A DNA stretch of 64,000 nt, from contig CM097885.1 of NCBI GenBank assembly GCA_044892525.1, forward strand, positions 7,502,001 to 7,566,000, in the 5' to 3' direction. Source of the DNA: Schmidtea polychroa (lineage: Eukaryota). Within the stretch, counting starts at the first letter, position 1; every line of letters begins with the position of its first letter. The notes beneath the pieces were generated by a model. It was given only the letters and a program-made list of their open reading frames with translations. It did not search any database and had not been told where the DNA came from. The position numbers were made by a program, and so were the translations under genes. Positions 12,474 to 23,895 of this stretch are shown here, piece after piece.

Positions 12474-12877
12474 TATCTCCCTTATTATTCTTTCATTTTT
12501 TATTAATTCAATATCACACACTTTTCCCATTTGCAGTTCATTTAATGACCAGTTTTCATTTAATTTTCTCATAAGCATTTTCCAATGCCGTTCTTTGATT
12601 GCTTCAAATTTCAATTCCACAATTGGCGCATTGACTTTCATGTACAACTTTAGAGGTATGCGAACAAGTTCAAATGATCCGTGTTGTTTGAAACTGTTCG
12701 AAAAATTCTTCCAATTTCTATGTTAAATCCAAAACTTACCTTTTGAACATTATCACGCTCTTCTTTTAGTCGAGTGAATTTCCCTTCAGCGATTTGAATA
12801 TTATTAACTGCTGTTGGTTTGTATTCCCAATTAGTCAACACTTCTGTTGTCTTCGATTCCATAATTCTATCTTCTAA
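12474..12877 (-). pseudogene. DYNC1H1: Two fragments of cytoplasmic dynein heavy chain (12740-12877 and 12474-12710)
   Basis: EDRIMESKTTEVLTNWE...EGKFTRLKEERD and YMKVNAPIVELKFEAIKERHWKMLMRKL..NW match recalled DYNC1H1 stem segments ([54 protein letters not shown]). The intervening protein sequence is missing, and GTAAGT follows the first block. Confidence 0.82.
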
Positions 12878-13049
12878 AAGGCTTATGCTCTGACCAGCCT
12901 GACAAGCCTCATCTTGCTTTTCCCATGTATTCATTTTTCGTTTGATATTTTGTGTGTTCGCAATGAAATGAATTGATTCGTTAGTTCCTCCAGAATTGAT
13001 TAATGGCTGTTCCAATTCGTTTTGAGTTCTTAGCTCTTCATTTAAGGAC

Positions 13050-13400
13050 TTATTTCTGTCGAGTTGCGTTTCCTCAATTTCTTGAAGTTCGCATAACTCG
13101 TCATTTAACTTTTCCGTTTCCGAAAAATAACTCAGATTTCTGTTAATCTTACCCAGACATGTCCATCCGAGGGGCGTCAACCTCACAACTGGTACGTACT
13201 TTTCTTCTTTTACTTCTCGAATAGATTGATGTAGATATGGGTAGTCAGCGCCAATCAATACGTCTACCTACGGTTTTTTATTCAAAATTGGGAAGCCTAT
13301 ATATCTCAAATGCTTCCAGTGATCTGTTTCAATTAATAAATCTTCTTTAGTCTCTACTATTTCAGAAAATACATTTTTAGGTGCAATTTCTTCAGGTTTA
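13050..13400 (-). mobile_element. BEL/Pao LTR retrotransposon fragment (protease C-terminal region)
   Basis: HWKHLRYIGFP...*VDVLIGADY...PVVRLTPLGWTCLG follows the BEL/Pao W.HL...LLIG.D...P.A..T.LGW..G pattern. Confidence 0.7.
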
Positions 13401-13636
13401 CTGGGCTAATTGCTGCGATTCTTCACATTTTACAATTAAATACCGTAAATAAGCTTCATATTTCATCATATAATCATTATATTTTGCAAGAAATTCCTTT
13501 ATAACTAATTCCATTAAACAATTTTAGAAGTAACTTTCAGATAAATGTCCAACGTTCCAAACATTTTATTTAAAAACAATTTGGAGAAATATCTTTATTT
13601 TTTCAAAATACGTGCGAAAAAACTGAAAAAACTCTG

Positions 13637-13726
13637 ATCAGAATGTTCTACATCAGAATGCTCTTAATCAGAATGCTCATTATCAAAATGTTCTACATCA
13701 GAATGCTCTTGATTTGAATGCTTATT
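13637..13726 (+). repeat. Second six-unit 15-bp minisatellite, same family and orientation as 12121-12210
   Basis: Units ATCAGAATGTTCTAC, ATCAGAATGCTCTTA, ATCAGAATGCTCATT, ATCAAAATGTTCTAC, ATCAGAATGCTCTTG, ATTTGAATGCTTATT. Confidence 0.9.
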
Positions 13727-15408
13727 ATTATGTTATTTATTGATACTAAATATTGTAGAGTGATGTTGGATTATAAAGTTGTGTTATGGAAATTATCGTA
13801 GAGCCCAGCCGAGTCACCTTTAAAAATACTGTCTCGGAACAGCTGGGGTGCTTGTATGTTATTAAGATATTATGGTTATTGATTATTCATTAATGAACTA
13901 TTGTGATCTCGTTATCAATTGCGATTGTAACTATTAATAATTTGTTGTGTAGGGAAAATTTGTAGAGCTCGACATCATCTCCAGTAAAAAAATGTGGCGG
14001 GACAGTCGGGATGCTTGTATGTATGTAAAAGAAGATACAAAACCACAAATAATAATTACTACAATTTTATTAACACAAAAATATAAATACTTCGTGATAC
14101 TTCAGGAGACCTTCTGTTATAGTGACTAGTTATTTCAACCTTCAAATTAAACCGGATTTGATAAAGAATTGTATTACGTGAACCACTCAAAACAAGCTTG
14201 TGGATATTAAATAGGATTTCAATATATCAATTTCCTTGGAAAATTTGGAATAAATTGAATATTTCAATGAACGTATTAGTCGTTCTTTGATTTGTAGAAT
14301 GTTAGACTACAAATGCAGTTTCTTTCTCTTTCAATAATATTTTGGATCTTCTTTCAAACTATTAACTTTCTAAATTTTTTTCTATTGATTTTTTTTATTG
14401 TTTTTTTCAATTTGTTATTTGTCATTCAATTTGTTATTTGTTATCTATATTGTTTTTAAAATTTCTTTTCCTCGGCACTACGGGAGCGATAATATTCAAT
14501 AAAAAACAAAACTTATTTGAAGTATTGTTGAAAACAAAAATAACGATAAAAATACAACAATCTACTACATATGTAATATGTAAAAATAATATAATAAACA
14601 AGCAACAATAAACATTTTACAACTTTTATTATAAAATATAAAAATAAAATTACGCACTTTGTTCTTGAATTTTATTTTGTAGAATTCTGGGATCATTTTT
14701 GGGGTTTATTATGTGTGTTAGTATTTTATTTTCTCACCATAATTATTTTTCAGCTTTTCTAAAGTAAATTCACGTAACTTTTTCTTTATTTCAAGTAGGG
14801 TTTGTGAATCTTTTCTATTTATAAATTAATTATGTCTTATATTATACCTTAATTTATGGCTAAAAGTACTGTAATTATACATTACGGTGTAGAACATATA
14901 GGGTGTAAAAAATATTAACTTCAAATGAACCATTATTTTCAAAAAACAAAAAATAAAGCTATTTCGACATCAAAAAATTCAGAATAATTTCATCTGTATA
15001 AATTTCATATTTATTTTCTTATATTTATTCTAAGAACTTATTTTCAATTTTCACCACTGATTTCTTTTCAATTGACATTGCATTTATTCATCAATATTTT
15101 ATCTTTATAGTAAATATTTTACTATAGAAATTGTATTGTCTTCATTACTTCCAATGAGGCAGACCACAATAAAATGATAATATTAAGAACATTAAATATG
15201 TAATAAAATCTCAAAAGAGATTTAGAATAATTCAAATAATTAATCAAATAAATTAGTTGTTAAAAAAAGTAAATGAAATTAACATATTTAAACAAAAACC
15301 GAAATGTGTTGAGTATGTCTAAGAAAATAAAAATTAATAAAAAACTAAAGAAATTTATTAAAAATTCTTTTTAAAGCTTTAAAATTATTTATATTGGAAT
15401 CTACCAAG

Positions 15409-18400
15409 TTAAACTGGATTAATATTCCATAAATTAATTTTCCCATCATCCCTTCCGACAGTCAGGACAATTCTTTTGCTATGCAATTCACAGACCATGG
15501 AAAGTATTAAGGATCCGGTGTGAGAGATAAACGTTTCCAGCTTTTCAAGGGATTGAAAGTTCCTTATTTCAACAGTTCCATCTTTATAAATAAACCAGAA
15601 CTGATTGCTCCTTGGAATTTGTACAATAGAAGATATCCCGATATAATTGTAGGTTGATTCCGAATGATCTATGGAAACGTCATTAGTTTGCAATGAAAAT
15701 TAGCTTTACCATTAACTTCTGAACTGTCAAAGTTCTTATTGTTGAAAAGATTTTTCTTCCTCAAACAAATTGGATTCATTTTATCTCGGATGTCATACTC
15801 CAAGAAAACGGGCATTCGGTGAAGTCCAATTATTAGCCGTTTATTTCCGTCCAACAAGATGAAAGCACTTATTAGATTTGCGATTGTATGATTATTTACA
15901 TAAACAATTTCAGAGAGAACCTCTCCTTTTAGAGTAATAATAAATACGCTATGGGAAGAGCCGATAAGAAAGGTTTCAGAGTCGTAAATTTCAATAAAGT
16001 TTATTATTTGACTTTCAGGAATTTTAAGGACTTCTTCTATCTATAAACATTTATTAATTAATTCAAATATATTGCTGAATACAATAATAACTCAATAACA
16101 TGAATGGATAGAGGCGCAGGGATGAGAACATGTATCACATCTAAACGGCTTCGTAAATTTATTTTTGTAAATAACGATGTCCCTTATATATAGGTCTTAA
16201 ACAATCACATGCAGAAACGTGATAAACAAATTTAAATTACTATGGGCGATGAGAGTCACTTATATTGGTTTTAGATTATGAATGGAATATCAGAAGAGAG
16301 AATGAATAGAACGTCGAACATTAAATCTCAAATTCTATTGGCTGAAAATATATCTTTAAAATCGAATGAAAGATGAGAGATTAACAGGTTCGGCATTTTT
16401 ATGCATTCAGCAGGATATGCAAGGAGATACTAATGTAATGATAGATCGTTTTGATATGCTTAAGAAATACTCTCGTCGCATTAGTTTTGTTCTATAAGAC
16501 ATTGAATGATTAAATAATATTGTGTTATGTGAAAGATTATTTGTGTATGAGCTGTATCAATAATGACACCTGTTGTCATTCTTTAATCATTATTTGTTAG
16601 ATTGTTAATATTTTCCCTCCATCAAAGAAATTCTGTATTTGTCGCTGGTTATACACATTTATTAGATGTTTACTTTTTGTTTGACTTCGAAAGCATACAG
16701 TATTCTTCATTATTGGTAAGTACTCTAGAACAGCAATAAGATTTCCCCAAAAGTTACATTTTTGTACACCGCACGCTCTTTGAATTATACAGTGTTCTGA
16801 TGATATTCTGATTAAGTTCTGAATTATGCAGTAAATTATACTGCTGATACTACTGTATAATAATTTATATATTTTTCAAAAAATAATACTAATAAAAGAT
16901 TTAAACTTTAACAGAATATTTGATTTTCTTGTGACTAGTAGCATATTACGTAACTCATATAGTTATTATGAATGAATTCGTGTACATCTTATTGATTATT
17001 GTTGAATAACTGAATTCTCAGATTATGTCATTGCCTATTATTTATCTCAATTAGCATAATCATACAGGTGCAATACGCGCATATGTATATATGTATATGT
17101 ATAGATCAGGGCTGGCAAAAGCGTCGACCGCGGTCGACTGGTCGACCGCGTAGCTATCGAAAGTAGCCCGCTAGCACTATGGAAAATTGCATATAAAAAT
17201 CAGTTTTTTATTTATTGAATTTCTAACTTTATAAACATATTTAAAATAAGTTTCGATTCATATGACAAAAAAATTCCAATAAGAAACATAATATTAGTCA
17301 GATAACACTCAGAGTGTAGTAAATTTTTAGTTTGAAATTCAAATATATACAGTTAGCTAATAATCAGAATAAATTTCATGTGTTTGAACAAGTAGGCCAT
17401 AAAATAAAAGCAAAACATTGACGCTACAATCTTCGATAAGGAATAAAAAAATAAAAAACAACCAAAATAAAATACAACAAACATGTGTTTACATTCCGAG
17501 GTACGAAAAGACAAAGTCAAGCAGTTAAAGTCTCAATTAGGTGCACAACAAACTTTTTTTACGAAATTTAACTCAAAATCAAAAACAGCTACCCTAGCAT
17601 CATTCAAGGTAGTTAATATTTTGATGAAACATAAAAAACCTTTTGGAGATGGCGAAATATGGAAACAGGCGTTTGTTGAAGCTGGTGAGGTGTTATTCAA
17701 AGATTTTAAAAATAAATCCGAAATAATGGATTGTATCAACAATATGTCATTGACGCGCAATACTAGCACGCAAAGAATGATAGACATTAGCAAAAACTTG
17801 GAAGATATTTTGCGGCAAGATATTCGAAAATGCCGCTTTTTCTCTTTGCAATTTGATGAATCTACAGATTTCACTGATACTGCGCAACTATGCATCTTCA
17901 TTCGAATGGTTTTTGATGATATGTCAACCAGAGAAGAATTATTGACTATTCTTCCAATGAAAGGACAAACAAGGGGTCAAGATATTTACAATTTATTCAA
18001 GTCTTTTATAAGTCGCACCCATTTCCCGATTCACAAGTTGGTATCAATTACCACGGATGGAGCTCCGTCTATGATCGGAAAACATGTCGGATTTGTAACA
18101 CTTTGCAAAAATGATGAAGAAATTCCCGTTTTCATTCGTATCATTGCATTATCCACCAGCAAACCTTATGCTCCAAAGTGTTGAACTCTAACTATGTAAT
18201 GAATATTGCGTTTAAAATAGTAAATTCGATACGTGCAAGAAGTCTACAACGACGTCGATTTCGAACTTTGCTTGAACAATGTGAAATTGAAAATACTGAA
18301 TTATTGTTACACACGGATGTAAGATGGCTTAGCCGTGCAGCATTTTTAAAACGATTTAGAGATCTTTTGCCCGGAATAAAACAGTTTTTGACTGGAAGAG

Positions 18401-19660
18401 AAGAATTATATCCCGAACTGGAGGATAAAAGTTGGCTGATAAATCTTGCTTTTCTTTGCGACATTACAGAGCACCTGAATAAATTAAATTTACAGCTTCA
18501 GGGGAGACACAAATCAATTCTTGACATGATAACGGCAGTAAAGACGTTTAAAGAGAAACTGTCCTTGTTTGTGCGTCAACTAGAACGGGGTGATTTGAAA
18601 CATTTTAAAAACATGGAAGAAGAATCCAAAAATGCGCCAGGAATTCTTTACGATAAATATACAAATCAAATTACTACCCTTTTAAATGAATTTAACACAC
18701 GTTTCGCAGATTTATCTAAAATTGCAAATATTGCTATGTTCATGTCATTCCCGTTTAATGATGTTCTTGATACAGAGGAGATCGCTACTCAGATTAATGA
18801 ATTTCTGGATTCAGATTCAGCTTGCTTAGAAGATGAGATAATAGCGTTGAAAAGCGACATTTACTTAAAATCAAGAGCTACAACCGAAGATAATTTTTGG
18901 AATCTTATTTCAGAAGAAAAATATCCAATTTTGCGGAGAGTAGTTGGATATATGTCCGCATTTTTTGGATCCACCTATCTTTGTGAATCAGCCTTTTCTT
19001 CAATGAATGTCATTAAAACAAAACATCGATCTTGTTTGACAGATGATCATTTGGAATCATGCTTGCGGATCGCCATAAGCTCCTATTGCCCGAAATACGA
19101 AGAACTTGCTGATAAGATGCAGTGCCACGTATCAGGTGCAAGTAGTAGCAGTAAATAATATTATATTAAGATATGTTTACGTTCTAGTAAAGTATTATAA
19201 GTTTTTTTCTAATTCGTTTTGTATTTAAATAGAATAAATAGAATAACTACAGGTAACAATTGAAAATAGTTTTTCTGGTAGACCGCCAGATTTAATTTAG
19301 TTAAAAGTCGCCCGCAAGACTTGAAAGTTTTGCCACCCCTGGTATAGATATATTATTTTAGACATATTTGCTAATTATATCGTACACCTTTTCTAAATTG
19401 AATATGTTATAGATCAAAAATTATGAACAGTGCTTGATACATGCACACATCCAGATTTGTGACATGTAACCAAAAATACAAAAATTAATTAAACACATCC
19501 GGATATAATTAATCATGCTCTTTAACTCTTATCTACTTTATTTGAAATTTAATTATCTTAACTATGTCAAGCTTATAGCAGATTCAATTTGGAAATGATA
19601 AATCAAATGAATTAATTTTTTTAATAGAATAATTTTATTCAATTGCTTTTAAGAATTTTG

Positions 19661-19732
<72 letters not shown>

Positions 19733-22700
19733 TGAATAATAATATTAATAATATTTATAATTATAATAATATTAATAATAATAATAATAATAATTATAAT
19801 AATAATAATAATATTAATAACAATAATAATAATAATAATATTAATATTCACCGTTTTGGTGTTCGGATGACACTTTATCAAATCCCCGTTGCTTATTCCC
19901 ATATATATGGCGTAAGAACGAATACTTTCATAATGTATAATGCCACAGGTAGGATGATATCCTGCATTGAAAGAAAAGTTGAAATTTTCAAAGGAAAAAT
20001 CATTCATATTGAAAAAAGAAATCGTTCCGTCACAGAATCCAAAAATGATTTTATTGGTGCCAGTTAAATACATCATAACCTTAATTCGCGATTGTAAATT
20101 CAGTTCTTTCGGAATGAAGCTTTGAATACTTTCATTAATGATGTGATAACATTTTAGGAAAGAAGTCTGGTCGACACTCATAGCACACCACAAGTCAAAA
20201 TTTTTCAAAATTGGTTTTGGTATGACCAAGGCACAGTCGATTGTGATGGTTTGTTTAGGAGATGGCATCAGTCGGTTGATGATGTATTTTCTATGGTTGT
20301 TGTTAATCGGCTGGGTACGTTTAACTTCTTCTGTATGGTTCATCGTAAATACCAACATAATCTTTGTCATATTGTACCTGTTTCTTTTAAAGAATGGGGT
20401 CTCCTTTGCACACATTTCTAGGTTTTCGTATATCAAACACTGCTCTATAAGTTTGTCTTGAATTACTTTATCTTTTTCTTCATAAGAAACTTTATTTGCA
20501 TAACCGATCTCGGAAATCAAATTAAACCAAATTTCAATATCTTGAACTAATCTTAGAACAAGTTTTTTCGAAGTTATCTTTGAAGAGTTTTTAAAGTTGG
20601 TTTCGGTAGTTACTTCTAAAATATCGACGGTCTTTCCAAAACCCTTAATTCTTCGGTCGATTTTCATTTTAACAAGTGTTTCCTCAGTAAAGTTTGCTAA
20701 AATTTCAAAATATGACTTTTCAGAAGGAATAAACAGCAATCTCATTTGAGTCAAAAGAAGTCGACCTTGTCCATAATCATCAACCTTTATAGAATTAGGA
20801 GTATGAAATATTAGAACTTCGTCTAGAAATTGATCGATATATATTTCACCTTCAGGGAAATCTGTAGAATTTTGCACCCAAGTGTTGTAGAAAATTTGAA
20901 ATATTTCCGGACTCACCCTTTTTGGGTGGCGTATTGACGATTTTTGTTCTATTGTTAACACTCGAAACAGGTCTTCAGATGTGCTTTCGAAATCTGTAAT
21001 GTTAGCGTTGCGACATATCTCAAAAAATTGATTCTTTGAAATTGGAGTACTTGGAGCATAAAACTGTTGAACTGAATGCTTCTTGGGTTGTACTTCGAGG
21101 TTTTGATTCAAATTAACCATTTCATTTAAAGAGGTCATGAAGTAAGTTTTATCCAGAGTCTTCTTTATCGTTTTGTCTAATCCATATATAATCTTTTTTA
21201 GTTTAGAGTACTCCAAAGCCGTTTTGTCGATTTCCAGAACTTGATAAATCGTTTCGAAGGCCTTGAGGATGTCTCCCATTTGAAAATATATTTCGGCTTT
21301 GAGTTTCAAGGAACTTACATTTACTTTGGAACTGTTTATCCTTGTAATTACCGCTTTAAAATAGCTGACTCTTTCAGTTTTATTTGTTGGTAAGTTAAAG
21401 ATCAAACATCCCTTCTCTGTCGGTTGGAACATCTCTTTGATTTCTTTATCGAGACTCATTCGTTTCCACTTTCCTGACTTCAAATTCTGAGTCCGATACG
21501 CGTCGAGGAAGTTCGGATACAATTGATTGCAAATTTTAACCCAACCATCCGGTTTCGACGTACGTAGTTTGCTGTCGAGAAAACAATTGAAATTATCACT
21601 GTGATAAATTGAATTAAAAAATTCTATATTTTTACTTTGATTTGATTTCAGAAATTTGTCAGCGTTGGCATTAACGATATTATTGTGTTTTTCCACAACG
21701 ATGTTGTTGAGAATTTCCTGGAATAAATCCACCATCAGTATCATGAAGTTAAGCATGACCTTGTGGGAGAAAGTTTGGATTTTACGGTAATTAATTTCTT
21801 TTAAAACTTCAATTGAGTTAGTTTTAATATGGGAAATATCCGTTCGGAATGTCAACCAATCACGTTCAAGGAAACATTTTTTTAATTGGTCGGTCAAATC
21901 ACTTTTTATATTTGCCAGCTTATAGGCTTTGGGTTTATAAACTGTACCTTCATCTAAGTTCACCACGATTATTTCATCGTATGAAGATATTAGTTGACTT
22001 TTCAGTTCGAGAGGTAGTCCAATAATATAAGGAAAAATCGCATCTGCTAGCTCATACAAATGAGACGGAACCACTGTCAAATAGAAATGCTTCCATGTAA
22101 AAGGTTGAAATAAAACTAGCAAGGTCTCACAAGCCAGAGTAATAATATTATTATACTGAGACAGAAATGCGATCTTTTGTTCCTGGAACAATGCCAATAG
22201 AATGTAAATGATGTCATCAATGGAAAGTAAGTGAAAAAGTAAAGTAAAATCCCAATCAATGACCTGGTCAAAGGTCGAATTTATGGGTTTTATTGAATAT
22301 ATAGAGTTATCAATATTGAAATTCAATTGTATGTTATCGAACTTCATTATAGGAATCTTGGACAAGATCGCTGAATATTCCATTAGTTGATCTTCGATTA
22401 TTCTAGTGGTTTTGCTATTAATAGAACGAAACAATTGGCTAAGGATGTCAGTAAAAAGATCAAAATAGGGATATTTGGAAAAGAATACAATGAAGTTTGG
22501 AACGAAAATATAATCCGAAGAATCAAGATCAGTCTCGGTTACTGATTCGATTCCAATATCAACAATTTCTTCATTGTCAACAGACGGGATGGTTTTCATT
22601 TGGAAGTGTCGATAGAACTCCAATCTAAAAGCATAAGACCGATTGCCCAGATTATCTGTCATTGGGAAATATTCAATTCTCGGTTCATTATAACTCTTAT

Positions 22701-23217
22701 AAACTTTTAAATTGTTGTTGAAATAAGTTCCTGGAAAGGACTTAATCGTTTCGTTGGAGATCGAACCAAACGAGCCTTTGTAGTTGTCGATTGTTATGTG
22801 TTTACAGCTCTTTCTGCGACTTTGAAGTCTTGAAGTCCGACGATTCATGCTGACAGCAAGATTTAGATCGAAATTGTTATCCCGGGTGCTTGGTTTGTTA
22901 TACTGAGCTACTAGATCACAAATAAATTCCAAATTATCTTTGTTTGTTTGTCTGGCATTGGGGGATTTTGTATCATCAGCGGGTTTAAACAGGTTTATTG
23001 GTTTAAATTCCTCTGGGGGATAATTAGGTAAATCTTTGGAGAACGGAAACACAGCCACGTTTGCGGATAATACTGCTAAAATGTTATGCTGATATGAGGC
23101 AGTGCCGGATGGATCGGTATTTACAAATGTATTCCTGGTTGGTTTGAGGCCCGTCAATTCATTTGCACCTATCATCAAGGTACATTCAATTAGCCCATCA
23201 TTGTAAGTATCATTCAT
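15409..23217 (-). CDS. DENND3: DENND3-like Rab GEF, complete right copy, about 1318 aa; exons 23217-19852, 16040-15710, 15668-15409
   Basis: ATG at 23217 (MNDTYNDGLIECTLMIGA, uDENN-like start). Exon 1 is 3366 bp (1122 codons) and exons 2+3 are 591 bp including the stop, so the frame closes correctly. Splice sites are the same as in the left copy, and the translation matches the left copy over the overlap. Confidence 0.82.
17107..19341 (+). mobile_element. Defective copy of the Buster-type hAT (2235 bp)
   Basis: Same TIRs and the same TSD (GTATAGAT on this strand). A 418-bp deletion corresponding to left-arm 5113-5530 removes the ATG and about 63 codons. A net -1 frameshift near 18128 (CCCGTTTTC versus CCCAGATTTC) splits the ORF. 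418+1 equals the 419-bp length difference. Confidence 0.93.
19661..19848. repeat. (AAT)n compound microsatellite in DENND3 intron 1
   Basis: Directly visible. Confidence 0.95.
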
Positions 23218-23570
23218 TTTTTATCAATTAAATTTGTTTAAACGTTCATAAATTTTATATGAAAAATGGCAGGTTCAATGATGGGCCAAGGTCAAATTGT
23301 ACTTGAAATGGATTACTAAGTTTCATGTTAAACTATGCAATACTTCCTATCTATTACTAAAACAACAACAATGATAATAATAATATTATTAAACAATTAA
23401 ATGATAATATAAGCATTTTACTGCTTAATATATATTCAATAAAATGAATGAATTTCTATAATTGAAAGTTTTTTCATCTTATTAAATTTGTACTTCGCAG
23501 CAAAAGACTTAAATTATCATTTAATTGTTTAACATTTAATTAATGTTAATAACAAGGAATCATCACTTTA

Positions 23571-23571
23571 T

Positions 23572-23652
<81 letters not shown>
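23571..23652. repeat. (AAT)n microsatellite upstream of DENND3
   Basis: Directly visible. Confidence 0.95.
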
Positions 23653-23682
23653 TATAAGATAAGGCCAATCAAACATTCTTTT

Positions 23683-23721
23683 CACGATATATTTCGACAG
23701 TTTTTCTGTCATCATCAGGTG
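23683..23721 (-). ncRNA. Minimal type I hammerhead ribozyme (Penelope-associated type)
   Basis: The minus strand reads CAC-CUGAUGA-U-GACAG-AAAAA-CUGUC-GAAA-UAUA-UC^GUG. It has the conserved core, a perfect 5-bp stem II, a palindromic UAUA stem-III loop, an AUC cleavage triplet and a 3-bp stem I (CAC/GUG). It lies about 175 bp downstream of a GIY-YIG ORF on the same strand. Confidence 0.8.
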
Positions 23722-23895
23722 GGATATAATAACTAATTAAATTAACGATTTTAAACAAATTTATTAATTATATATAAACAATTTTTTAATTTTATAAAAA
23801 CATTTAATTATTTTTAAAAATTTATACTTAAATTAATATATTATTTTTTTAAAATTTAGCATTCAAAATTTAATTTAATAATTTAAAAATTTTTA

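Larger units (their letters stand above)
14710..22574 (-). repeat. Right arm of the inverted duplication (true outer end cannot be fixed because the left arm leaves the window)
   Basis: Reverse complement of 1-8311 throughout, including exons, introns, the hAT element and its TSD. Confidence 0.95.

Noticed and set aside
12121-13726. 15-bp arrays as a CRISPR array or pentapeptide-repeat gene
   Set aside because: The units are tandem with no spacers, the context is eukaryotic and there are no cas genes. The QNVL-type translation lies in short ORFs without supporting structure.
19639-19851. Poly-Ile C-terminal tail of the 1192-aa and 940-aa ORFs, resembling a membrane anchor
   Set aside because: It is read-through of a good phase-0 GT donor into an intronic (ATT)n tract, and splicing restores the WD40 end. 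Only RNA evidence of intron retention would revive it.
19732-20067. Poly-Asn ORF on the + strand and other short ORFs antisense to DENND3 or the transposases
   Set aside because: These are shadows of the microsatellite and of real coding strands, with no independent motifs.
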